From: Rhynchobatus australiae
Taxonomy: Eukaryota
Assembly (NCBI GenBank): GCA_034780895.1
Contig: JAUZTB010000107.1
Coordinates: 84,054,210-84,117,739 of the forward strand
Length of the DNA stretch: 63,530 bases
Reading direction: 5' to 3'
The notes below the pieces were generated by a model. That model made no database searches. It saw only the letters and a list, made by a program, of their open reading frames with translations, and had not been told where the DNA came from. A program made the translations under genes and the position numbers. Positions 38,898 through 51,321 of the stretch are shown piece after piece (position 1 is the stretch's first letter; each line of letters starts with the position of its first letter).

Positions 38898-39915
38898 TGT
38901 GTCAATCCTGCCTCAGTTGGTAGATCATCCACCTCTGACTTAGAAGGTTGTGAGTTCAAGTCCCATTCCAAACACCTGAGCTCCTTCCAATGCAGTACAG
39001 TGGAAGTGATACCCAAGCAAAGATGCAATTTTTCAGACATATCTTTAAACCATGGTCCTTTCTACAATCCCTGATGGATGGAAAGCATGTTATTACATGA
39101 TTTTGAAGATTATTAGTTAGGGTATTGAGTTCAAGAGCCACCAGGTAATGTTGCAGCTCTATAGAACTCTGGTTAGACCACACTCGGAGNNNNNNNNNNN
39201 NNNNNNNNNNNNNNNNNNNNNNNNNNNNNNNNNNNNNNNNNNNNNNNNNNNNNNNNNNNNNNNNNNNNNNNNNNNNNNNNNNNNNNNNNNNNNNNNNNNN
39301 NTGAGCTGGAGCTTTTCCCTTTGGAGAGAAGGAAGATGAGAGGTGACTTGATAGAGGTCTACAAGATGATAAGAGGCATAGATTGAGCGGACATTCAGAG
39401 ACTTTTTCGCAGGGCAAAAATGGCTAACACGAGGGGGCATATTTTTAAGGTGATTGGAGGAAGATATAAGGAGGATGTCAGAGATAAGTTTTTTTACACA
39501 GAAAGTGTAAAAGGTGCATGGAATGCACTGCTGGCAGAGGTTGTGGGGGCAGGTACATTAGGGAAATTTAAGAGACTCTTAGTCACCACATGAATGATAG
39601 AAAACTGGAGGGGCAATGTGGCAGGGAAAGGTTAAATAGATATTAGAGCAGGATAAAATGTTAGCACACCATCGTGGGCTGAAGGGCCTGTACTGTGCTG
39701 TAATGTTCTATGATTTCTGTTCTAGGAGCAGAGGAATTATCCCTCATCAATCAACACATAAAAAGACCCACATTATCTCATCATTATTACATTGTAGAAT
39801 ACAAACAGACTACCACATTGCTTGCACCAGAACAGTGACTATGCATCATAAGTGTAACTGGTTCATTCAGAAGTTTAACAGGATCTGGTGGATTTTACAG
39901 ATGCTGCTAAACCAA
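38898..39915 (+). mobile_element. DeuSINE/SacSINE-like SINE split by a CR1 insertion
   Basis: The head CTCAGTTGGTAG..GGTTGTGAGTTCAAGTCCCA and core run to TTTTGAAGA (about 39109). The SINE resumes with GAGCAGAGGAATTATCCCTCA.. at about 39725. Confidence 0.65.
39110..39724 (+). mobile_element. CR1-type LINE 3' fragment, relatively young, spans a gap
   Basis: MLQLYRTLVRPHSE, MRGDLIEVYKMIRGID and the tail GGGCTGAAGGGCCTGTACTGTGCTGTAATGTTCTATG. Confidence 0.9.
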
Positions 39916-42900
39916 GGGCAATTGAAACTCTTGATACCCTGATTTTGTCTTATGAGTGGAAGCTGTGATGGGAGTATTATTTAATTAAACAGAAAAAAGG
40001 AAAACACAGGATTTCCAGAATACACCAGGGAGACAATTTCTGAAGTGATGCACTTTGGCGCATGTCCTTTTCATTGTATTTTTTACTGAGGACTACAGAA
40101 ATTTGCATCTGAGAATATGAACGCTGCAGGAGGGGATATTTAAATCAGGGATGCTCTGTTAAGAGATCTAAGGATTTCATTATGATGTCAAGACAACTAA
40201 ATATGGTCAAGAATAAAACAAACAGAACTTAAGTAACACAAATATTGAAGAGACAAGGAATCAAGGATTATTTGAAATGTATTCACCTAAATATAGTACT
40301 TTTTGCAACATATATAATTTCAATAGTTTGAACCAGTTTAAATATTTACTTTTCCTTTCAATTAGATCATTTTTTTTACATCGCTGCATAGCAAAACCTC
40401 ATTTGGAAGAGTTATCTGATCACACTAGTTGCGTATTAAGCAAGTTCTAAGAAGTTCCTAAATCTTTTGAATGCTTTGAAAATATCCTTTAATATCTGTT
40501 ATGCCAATAAACGTTGGTGTCTGTACATAAACTCAACACAAATAACTGGACAGTTGTAAAAATAAAGAAAATGAACTCCACCCTGTCTTGCATATTTTCA
40601 GCTGGGCTCCTAGTGCTTTGAAGTACAAACACAACTTTGTCTGCTGAGAACAGCTGCCTGACTTTTATCCTTTTTTCATGCAGTTGGTTATAAGACTGAT
40701 AAGTTCCATTATTATTTTCTGTATTTTGCTTCCCGTAATTTGTCTTCTCCTTTCCTTATCAAATCCCTTCTTACACCGCCTCAGTAGAGATCTGTGGACT
40801 CCTTCATGAACTAATGTTGCCTCTTGTTTCAGCAGAAAGCAGAGTTTCAGTGTCAACCTTTGCACCAAGTAAACCCAATGGTCTAGCCCAAATTCGATAA
40901 AATTAAGTAAATCATGCTTCCAATGGCAGGAAAGAATGTTTACCAGTTCAATTTTTCAAATAGCTATGTCTATGACACTGGAGCAAAATGTGAATAGAAG
41001 AAAATTCAGTAAGCTTCTGAAATAGACATGGTCAAATCCTTCTGCCTGCATTTTATAGACAGGCTGCAGATTGTTTACAACTGTGCTTGCATATATATCA
41101 TCTCTAAGACCATGGAATGCAGACAAAAATACTTAATTGATACCTGCTCCAAATTCCTGAATTGTGTTATAAGATTATGTTTTCTTTTGCTCTCAATGCC
41201 TGACTTAGAAAGTAATACCGCATAGGATAGGAATTTTAGAGGAAAAGTCTTTCTTTTGGGATTTTCATAATCTTTGCAGTAACATTTGATCATTTTTATA
41301 AAGTCAGATTTTGATGGTTATACAATATATAATTTAAAATAATCTTTAGTGGACAATTTTGCAATACTTATGATAATAGACTGCAAGTAAGTGTAATCTG
41401 CTCTCCGAAACAACAGATTGTAAATGAAGCAATTATAGGAAATGAAAGACAGCTTGTGAATATATTTCTAAATGAAACTTCATGGAATCTCAAGCAGCCA
41501 CAAGGCATCTGAGTGCCAACTGCAGAATTCTGGGTAGATACCAGAAAAGGTAAAATTCATGATGGAAATTAGCTTACATGTCATCCAAATATTATAAGAC
41601 TTAAATTTGTTAGTGTCTCCAGCAGGTGTGATTCCACCTGTAGTGCAGTAAAATGGAAAGACCCTTCCTAAATTTGTCCTCAGATCTCATTAGAATAGCT
41701 GAAGTCATGTTTTGAATGGTGATAGTTATGTCTGAGGAAATTGGGTCCAAGCCGATGTCAGCTCAATTGTTGTTCACTGGAGCCAAGAAGAACATTATGC
41801 TCCTTGCAAATCCACAAAAGAACCACATCTTGGAAGCTTTGGGTGCCTTTCCTAAGTGACCTCAGACAGCTTCATTAAGATGTACAGACAAAGTGTATGC
41901 TCTTGTAATTATATATTAATATCGAAATCCAGGACAATTGTGAATGCATGTCAATTATTGAATTAGGCCATTGGCCAGCCATCAATCTTAAAAGCATTCA
42001 ACCAATTTTGCAGCAGTTTGATTGCCTGTACAGATGAGGCTTGGGCCTCTGGTGTACTAAATTGGTTGTTGCTGCTCCAAGTTTTACAGCTGTAAGACAG
42101 ATGCAGCTATGTTGAATTTATGCTCCAATATTTCACAGTTAAAGTGGGACAAGTTGTAGGAAGCATGCTCAGCAGATCAGCGGGCACCTGAGTTACAGTC
42201 ACTGCACCTGCCATTATAACACTAATAATGTCTTCAAATCTATTGATGACCAAGTTAAACTCCTCAGCAAACTCCAAGTCAGCAAAGAGCTGGCTGAAAT
42301 GTTGTGCATCTACAAAGCCTAAAAATTAACATCTGTTTTATTGGTGTTTGGATGGTCAATGCATTCACATGGGCAATGTTAAATTATATGAAAGAGGTTA
42401 ACCTTAGTAATATTTTGCAAATAGTACATTTTTAACAGTACTCAAATCGATTGCAATTAAATATTAAACAGTTGAATATCCATTAATAAGAAAAGACTTA
42501 GGATTAAAAAACTGCAGCATAGAAAAGTAAGGGGCAAAAGTTGAACCAGATCCCATGAGGTGATCACCATCCAATTGTTTTTATTGCTTTGCTTTTGTGA
42601 CAATTTGATAAATGCACCTTATCTGTTGATCCTGTAGTTAATTACCTTCATATTTATTTTCAATTGACTTCCAGTTAGTTATCTTATTTCCATTGAAAAT
42701 ATCAATGATCATTACCATCAGTCCCTCCTTGAGCAATGTTTTGACAGGTGACATTGATACAAAGGGGACAGGAAACAGTTCTATTCGCCCTCTTCCATGT
42801 TTGTTTGACCACAAATACACCAGAGCAGGCTGCAGGATACGATGGGCAATGCTGGTAGAAAGTTTGAATTAATAGAATCGGTTTTGAGTAGTGATCTTCA

Positions 42901-43069
42901 GCTCTGATCAGTAAATGTGTTACGGTGAATGAATAAAAGAACCCATTGCACCATGGTTCTGGCAGATCCAAATCACAGCATGTACATTCCCTGTATTTGC
43001 CAGCTCAGCTTATTATATTTGTACCCCCATGGAACCTACACTCTTTGGAGCAATGTGCTGAAAGAAATG

Positions 43070-43290
43070 TTCTTAATTCATTTCCAGGATGCTGTCTCCA
43101 CTAGTAAGGCCAGTATTATTGCCCATTCCTACTTGTCCTTGAGAAGGCAGCGGTGAGCTGCATTCTTGAACTGCTGCATTTCTTTAGGTGAGATACTCCC
43201 ACAATGCTGCTGGGGAGAGACCTCCAGGATTGATACCCAATGATGATGAAGGACCTACAATACATTTCCAAGATGAGATGGTGTGCCTTC
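43070..43290 (-). mobile_element. LINE (CR1/L2-group) 3' end
   Basis: GGCCAGTATTATTGCCCATTCCTACTTGTCCTTGAGAAGG..TTCTTGAACTGCTGCA is antiparallel to the 3' part of 37030-37555. Confidence 0.65.
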
Positions 43291-46200
43291 TAATCAGTTA
43301 TTGCACTACTGCATGTTGGCAACATAAAAAAAAGGGACAATTTTAAATCTCAGTGCACAGATTTTTTTTGCTCCATGAATTTCAATGGGTGAACCTCACT
43401 GTGTATATTGGAAGCCATGTAATATTTGCTAATGCACAATGCCAATCCACTTCAAAGGTTTGCAGTGTCCTCTGGGACTTAACTAATTAAATATGGCTGT
43501 TTTATGGGTGTGGGAGACTCAGATATAGAATGAAATATTCATTCACCACCAGCAAGTCTGGACAGTGAGTATTTCCTGTCAGGGTTGTACGTAATGATGA
43601 GGTCAAGATTTCTGCCCTCCCAAGTACAGAAATTCTGATACCAACTGTGGTACCAGATCAATACTCCAACTGTGAGTCAGTTACCTCGGTGCACACAGGG
43701 GATGTAATGTGAAACCATCAGAGCGAAGTAACTCAGTTCCTCCATAAAAGAAACTATTTGAGAAATGTTTAATTTTAAATTACTTTTGAGGTTTTTTGTT
43801 TGAACTGTGGTATTATACCTTTTGAGTACTACATCAACATTGCTTGTTACAAGAGAAATGGGACTATTGCTATTTGGTGATTTCTCAAAGATGGGCTGAT
43901 TTTTGTGTGCTTTTTGTCATAATATCTGTATATGTTCATATTAGCAGGTGACATAAAGCAGGACAATCTTCTCTGTCCTCTCAAAGCAACATTATCACAG
44001 ATTACTAATCAATGACATATTTCATATGTTACTGTAGTGAGATAGCATTCAAAAAATTCATGTAAAGAAACTTAATAAGTTAGTTAAAGGAATTTAATGA
44101 ATGTATTTGGTTTTAAAATTTCTGGTCAAGTAACTGAAAAATTCACTTACCAGATGTCCAGTTAATTAGAAGCAACTTTATTTAGTGCAAAAAGTTACAA
44201 CAATTGGACTGTTAACCCATTGCTCCAACCGTCCTAATTGTTCCTTGCAACAGCATTATGTTTTGGTGGAAAAACAGTCTGGAGAGGGCAGAAGGTTAAT
44301 CCCATGAGCTTTACTAACTGCAGCTAACATTGGGTGCATTTCTGAGTTTCTTTTTGTAACCATACATAAAGAATATACCTTGTTAACAGAACAGAGAGAG
44401 GTACAGTAGTGGCATTATTCAAGTTAGAAATAATATTATTTGCCAAAACTGGTCTGGTAATATAAAAAGTAAAAACAGTATGTGTCAATTTAGTTATGGT
44501 TGCAATACTTGGCCCTATCATCAAGCTGATGTTTAAGTACCAAAGCATATGACAACAATGTAGCAATTACAAAGGCTGTTAATCTGAGCTCCTATTACCC
44601 CTGCCACACTCCCAACCTGGAGCAGGGCAGCTGGTGTGAGTTCACTGGAGCAGTACTTTCCCACAGTCCGGGGATTTGACACATGGCTCTTACACATTCC
44701 TCAGCCTCCAGAAAAAGGCTGTGTTTGGCCTTGAGTCAAGATAGAGTGCTGCAAGCTGGGAGCTGCTGATTAACAGGTCCCGCCCTTGGCAATCTGAAGG
44801 ATTTGGGTTTAAATCTTGGAAAGGAGGAAGCTGTTTTCATGACTCAAAATCAGTAGTCATTATATACCAACACTTATTAGTAACCCTTTAAAGACAGAAT
44901 AATAGTCAACAGCTGGTTTTCCATAATAAAAGATCAAATAATGAAATTAATAAATTATGTACTCAGGTTGATCTTTCCTATAGGACTTTCCTTTCAAGTG
45001 CCACCACATCTTTAATCTGTTTTCTCTCTAAGATCCTGATCCAATATATTGCACCCATCAAAATCAACAATACTCCCTGACCTTTCCTTGGACCATACCA
45101 CTTTAGTCTGGTTGCTGTTCTACACACAGAACAACTTTGATTATACCTTAAGTTACCGAACCTCCTTGAACCATTGTAGCATTTGGCACAATTGGAAACC
45201 CCTTCTCTATGGTCTACTTCCACAACTGCCCTCACTTTGTTCAAACCTGAGACTGTAAGCAAAGATGTCTCCTTCTACTACCATGCAGTTATCTCCAAGA
45301 TACCCCAAGATTCTTAGCACTATCCTTTTTGTTCTATGTTGTGCATTGTGAATATTGTTAATTTTCATGAACTAGAATATACAAGCACAATGATTCTACA
45401 AAACTCAGACTGTCTGTCACAATCTCAAAAGTTAAGGATCAACATATTACTCATCCAAGATCAAAATCATGGATTAGCTCAGAACTTTCTCCAGCCTTAT
45501 ACTGGTAAGGCCATAGTCACCTTGTACAAGTCCTACCAAAACACTGCAATTTTATCCATTATTCACCTCTCTTCAATTATCCAGGTTTAACTTCTCCAAT
45601 GCCCTTGTCTCCAGCATCCCAAGCCCCACAATGATTCAGATTTTGCAGGGAAATTTCAGCATTTTCCCATGTACCTATGAGAAACCAGAATTCCTGTAGA
45701 AACACAGAAGTCCTCAAATTGTGGTCAGTGATTTTCCCAAATCCACTCCAGCACTAGACTCTGATATTAGAATCCACAAAAACATTTGATCAATCAAATG
45801 GTTTTTAACAGAGAATTTTTGTATTTTGTTAATGTGGTAAAGATTTTGTGCTAAAATCCAAACATTTCTATAGTTAAGCCGGCATAAGCATTTTAATAAA
45901 GTTTAATTCAAGGACATTCTATTTGCAAACAAGTTTACTTTCTACATCCCTCTTAGTTTCAGGATGATGTTAATATTCCCCAAGTGAATAAAGGAATAAA
46001 TTTCTTCTCTGATCCTTCTGTCAATGTTATTCCCTTAGAAATTCCGTCTTGAAGATATCACCACATCTTTATTTGAAGTTGCTGAACCTGGAGAGTTAAT
46101 TTGTTGTCAATTCTGGACCCTGACCACTTCATAACATGGCACCATCAGCACTTTGTACATGTACATAATTCACAGTGTTGACTAAAAAAATGTTGCAATT

Positions 46201-47267
46201 GTATCTGTCCATTGTTTATTTATGTCCTTAATCTTACTGAATTAAAGTTTACACTGGCTTTAAACAGCAAGCAAGCAGCAGTTGATCACAGAGTGTGACT
46301 CAGTGGTTACTACATATATACAGTCATGAAACTGCATTACCACCTGCTTCATCTGCTGTAAATTTACCATTAAATTCAAGTAGTATTAATGCTTTTTTAT
46401 GATACTGCAGTTCATTTTTCACATCACTTTATGTTTACGGTAAAGTCTGAGATTGTACTTTTGCAAATATGTTGGAATTTATGTCAAAATCTTATAGTAA
46501 AATAGTATTTTTCCTCTATCTCCGACAGTCCTCATTTGCACTACATATTACAGTGTTATGAATATGAAGAAAATGGACAGACTATCCCTGCTCTGAACTC
46601 AGTGTCAAGTCTAAAGGAAGGATGAAACTGACTGTACCAGTTCAGATTTGGTGATCGTCCTAATTGCTATGGTGCAGCTCCATTTGGACCTGGATTTTAC
46701 ACACTAAACCAGGGGAGTTTCACACTACTGTTTTCAAAGCAAGTTTCAAAATGGTGCAGTGAATCAAAGACAGTTTTGTGAGATGGAATTAATGGATGAA
46801 TAATATTTCTGTCTCTGCTGCTAACTGAGTGATAAGAGAATATATTATACATCACATGTGTTTTTGTAACACAAATCACAATCAACTCTGTGAAATTGTT
46901 TTTACCTTTCATTGCAGAACTCTCTCAATTCCAATTCCAATTCTCAATTTAAAACATATATTCAATTTAATCGATTTGGTCACCATGGTCTACATGACTA
47001 TTATGACCAAAATGTGATAAAATTCAACTGAGATTAGTTTAAGTCTATCATTTTATTTGAGAATTAATCTTTCCCATCTGAACAAAATGCAGGCAACCTT
47101 GCCTTAACCTAATAGCTAAAAGACTTACCTTTTGTACTTACTTACCACCTCCTATATGAAACAGCAGATTGCCCAATTCTATATGTTTCACTTAATCAGC
47201 AACATGAAACTCATCTGTATAAAGTCTTTAAGACAGATGTTGCAACATACTACAACAAGGTGAACAA

Positions 47268-47718
47268 GGTGAACTTCTATTGGTGTGCAATGGAGAGCAT
47301 CCTGACATACAGCATTACTGTTTGGTATGCCAGCTGCACCAGAAGGCTCTGCAGAGGGTCATCAAGATGGCCCAAAACATCAATGGGACTCAGTTATCAG
47401 CGATGGAGGATATCTATCAGGCCCGATGTCGGAGCAGGGCTTTAAGCATCATCTGAGAACCAGCTCACCCTGCTCACCACCTCTTTAAACTACTCCCCTC
47501 TGGCAGGCGATACAGGACAATACATGCACACNNNNNNNNNNNNNNNNNNNNNNNNNNNNNNNNNNNNNNNNNNNNNNNNNNNNNNNNNNNNNNNNNNNNN
47601 NNNNNNNNNNNNNNNNNNNNNNNNNNNNNNNCAAGGGAGTGCCATCGTAATTTCGTTGTGTTGTTGTCCTGCAACAGTACAATGACAAATAAAGAAATCT
47701 TGAATCTTGAATCTTGAA
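47268..47718 (+). mobile_element. Rex1/Babar-type LINE 3' fragment with (TCTTGAA)n tail, spans a gap
   Basis: NFYWCAMESILTYSITVWYASCT and HHLFKLLPSGRRYRTI match Rex1 RT C-terminal motifs. It ends AATAAAGAAATCTTGAATCTTGAATCTTGAA. Confidence 0.9.
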
Positions 47719-47724
47719 AGTTAT

Positions 47725-48415
47725 GAAGCAAAAGGAGAGAGTAGGTGCAAAAGCCCAAAAGCTTGTTCAATGAGGCAGTGCCTTAAAAAAGGAGAGGGAA
47801 ATGGGTTAGCTACAGGGTTCTTCATAAGTGGTTGAGGGCTCACTAGTGGAAAATGACTAATAAGATGGTCAAAGGAATATAGAGTCTGGGAAGAAGGGTA
47901 GCCTGCAGGAAGTTACAGAGATGAAGAAGGCATCCTCCTTCCTGTGCCCATCCACCAAATTCAGAGATTCTATTAGGTACACTGGTACTGATTTCCTCTC
48001 TGAATGGTGATGACAGGTCAGCAATCAAAAAGACTCCCAGAGCCAGAACATGGCCTGGGGCATTGAGTGATTTACATGCAAGCATGGGAATTTTAAAGAG
48101 TAGAGTGTTTGGAAGCCACAGTAAGTAGTGGAAATTGGGAGCAAAGGCCAAGTGGTCCTTGGCGCAGGATGGTACACAGCTAAAAATCAGAAATATTGGA
48201 AATACTCAGCAAATCAGGTGACATCTGTGGAAAAAGAAACTAAATTAACGTTTCAGCATGATGTCATTACATTAGATGAACAGAGCTTTGAATCAGCTGA
48301 AGATTCTCAAGGTTGGAGAGTTAGAAGCTGACCAGGACATCATTGCAGTAACCAAGAAATGACAAAAGACATGAATGAGAGACTTTACAGCAGCCGAGCT
48401 GAGGTAGGAGGAAAG
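47725..48415 (-). mobile_element. L2-type LINE fragment, degraded and interrupted
   Basis: The minus ORF contains LLWLPNTLLFKIPMLACKSLN (L2 motif LHWLP...FKIL.L..KSL). Confidence 0.5.
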
Positions 48416-48624
48416 GTGGAGGAACAGATGGATAAAGGGAAGCCTTGAAGCATCTGCAGCCAATACCAGTTGAAACGAACATGGTTGTGGGTATTTCTAG
48501 CCAATCGCTGCAGGAGTTCCTCAGAAAAACATCACAAGCTTTACCTTCATCACTTGGTTGAATTACACTGTGTTTGCTGACAATTACACAGCTTATTCAT
48601 ACTCCCTCTGATTTGTAAAAGCCC

Positions 48625-50215
48625 CTTCTGGTGGGGCTCTTCTCACCAGGAGACAAGCAATATCTTGGTTCTTGTTTGAAAGTTCTGGTGATGAGATATT
48701 CTTCCAAGTGACTTTGACCATCTGCTCAGAAAACTTTCTGATTGGATCCACCGTTTGATTTCCCTGCAGGCTTCAAGGACATTCCATGCAGATCATTGCC
48801 CAATTAATGTCATCAAGGGTGATCTTTGCCCAAATTTTTCTGTAGGGAACGGGTGGACAGCGGGGTCCAACTGAGCGAAAATTTCTGAGCAACATGGCCA
48901 GACGTTTAGTGTTTGTAGAGTCGCACAAAGCAGTCATCAGGAAAAGAGCCCCTTTGGGTGCAGATTCCCAATTTCCTCTGGAATTTGCCTAAAGCATTTC
49001 TGCAAATTTGATCTGTTTTTGAATTCCCGGTGAAATGGAAGCTGGAGCAAAAAGAAATCTGCTGGAGGCGGGTCCAGCAGCGTCAGTGGGGGGAAAAGGA
49101 ATTGTCGATGCTTCATGTCGAAATCCTGCATCAGGAAATGAAAGCTGTATTGGCTGACTGCTGTGATGCAGAGGTGAGGTGTCACCTATGTCACACTGAG
49201 ACCATTTCATGCCTAATGATCAGATTCTTTCCTAGAATCAAGAGGGAACACACACCATGACCACAGACCCAGTTTCTGCTTCAATTTGACTACAGGCTCC
49301 CACCAGTTTTTGGTGTATGCCCTGGCTGCTCAAACTATATTCCTAGCACCTTCAAGTAATCAGGTGAGGAAGCAACAAAAGATTGGCCACGCCAATTGCT
49401 AAAGAATATTGAATATTGCCTTGCTTCTGTAGTGAGTAATTTTGGCTATCCAGGCATAGTGAAATGGTTGCAGATGCTCATTAATCTGTGAACTCCTAGG
49501 GGTCTGACCAAAAGATGGGAATATCATTCATTTGCAGGGAGGCTTTGACCTGAGCACCTCCACTGTCTGGAATTGTCATTCCACTTTTACCCACATCCTT
49601 CTTCATAGGCTCAGCAAAAAGCCCAATGTAACGCACAAGCAAGACAACAGAAAGAAATGAACAACTTTGCTTATCTCCAGATTTGATCAGAAAGCTTTCT
49701 GTTTCACACAGATTGATTAGGATGATACTACTGATGTGTGACGAGCAGTTGTATCCAATAACAGACTTACCTGCAAACCTCATTTTGGCGAGCATGTCCA
49801 TTATGCAGATGTATGTTATTTTGTCGAGGGCTTCTCATGGTCCAAGCTGACTGAAAAAGAGTCCGGCCCCCATCCCACATGATGGCGATTGTACCCCTGA
49901 ATAGCTCAAGGCTATCAGAGTGCTTCCTGCCTGGTATGACTCAAGTCTGAACAGGAGGAATCACTAGATCCAGAGCAGACTGGTGTTGATCCAAGTTTAC
50001 TTGATTGGCTCTGACATTGGACAGAGTCTTGCAGTCCACATTAAGAAGTGGGACAGGTCACCAATTTCTGATCTGTAGAAGAGGGTAATGGTGTCCTCCC
50101 TCATAGATCCAAGCAGAATTATAGCACTTCCACCAAACACCTCGACTGATCCAGTCCAACAGAACCAAGTTAAACTCAGCTGCCAGGCCATTTCTCCAGA
50201 GCATTGTTTTTCAGG
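48625..50215 (-). mobile_element. Tx1-like L1 retrotransposon ORF2 (RT domain to C-terminal region), pseudogenised, with a short repeat inserted at about 49040-49140
   Basis: SMREDTITLFYR (cf. SMRKGIITLIYK), GMTIPDSGGAQVKASLQMNDIPIFWSDP (cf. GVTIPGSGG.QVKASLYMDDVAVFCSDP, the decayed YMDD RT core) and VKVTWKNISSPELSNKNQDIA. Confidence 0.88.
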
Positions 50216-51059
50216 AAGCTGATAATGGTCTCTCTTTGGGCATTTTTATGATTAATTGCACACGCTGAACAAGGGGAATTTTCCTGTGTTATTTTCAATG
50301 TAGTTACATCAGAAAGAGATTGGAATCTCCCCTGGTTGACTGAGGGCAATTCTAATTCTTGTCCTACTTCAGCACAGAACAGAAAGTGAAATGCTAAATT
50401 TTCATAATCAACAGGTCAAGGACCCGAAATGTTAACTCTAATTCTGCTTCTGCAGGTGCTGCCTGGCCTGCTGTAGAAGTGTTTTCAGTTTTAATTTCAT
50501 AATTTTTTGTTACGTCACTGGGTGCCTTTGTCATGTATGGAGTTCTGCAGATTAAATCATCAACAAACTAAGCCTGAAATTTACCATTACAATAAATTGC
50601 AAAAATGTGAATAATTAAATGGGACAAAGGTATTGGATGTGTTGAATATATACAAACATGATGTGCTAGAGTTATTGGCAAAGAAATATGACTTTCAACA
50701 CACAACAGATAAATGCAGCTAGCAATTTCCCATACCCTCTATTGGAGGGCTGCCAGTGGGCGTTGACAATGTGGTAGTTGCTGACCCAAAGCAAACATAC
50801 AGGGAAATCATGTTTCTGGCTGCTTTGTGGTTGATTTTCTGTGGTCTATTCAGGACCGTTGCTTAGACGATTCAACCTTTAATACCAATGCACCTTGCAG
50901 AAGCACCTCTAGACGCAAGGATCCCCTGCAAGTTTGATTATTTAAGGTTACTAAGCTCAAGAAGGACTGTGTTACAGTGCATGAATCATTAACTTTCTAC
51001 ACCAATACTGTTCAGAGGCTTCAAACATGAATAGATTGTTTCAAAGTATTTCCATGGTG

Positions 51060-51315
51060 ATTAAATTCAAAACGTTATGCTTATTTAAGGTTTGATCAAG
51101 CCTTACCTAGAATATTGTATCCAGTTTTCATCCCCTTACATAGAAAGTCCATGTAAAAAGACAAGAGCAAGTGAATTTTTCTGCTAAATGCTCTGAAGAC
51201 CTTCAGATGGGACAAAGGCTCCAGAAGCAGGGCTTTTACACTAGAAAAAGTAGAGGACTTCAATAGATTTGATAAATGTCTTTAAAGTATGTTTCCTACA
51301 CAGGGTGAACAATAT
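51060..51315 (+). mobile_element. CR1-type LINE fragment, highly degraded
   Basis: Encodes PYLEYCIQFSSPY (cf. PHLEYCVQFWSP). Confidence 0.6.
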
Positions 51316-51321
51316 AAATTA

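Noticed and set aside
49496-50191. Functional or domesticated reverse transcriptase
   Set aside because: The catalytic YMDD is altered to QMND, and the frame is broken by stops, frameshifts and an inserted repeat.
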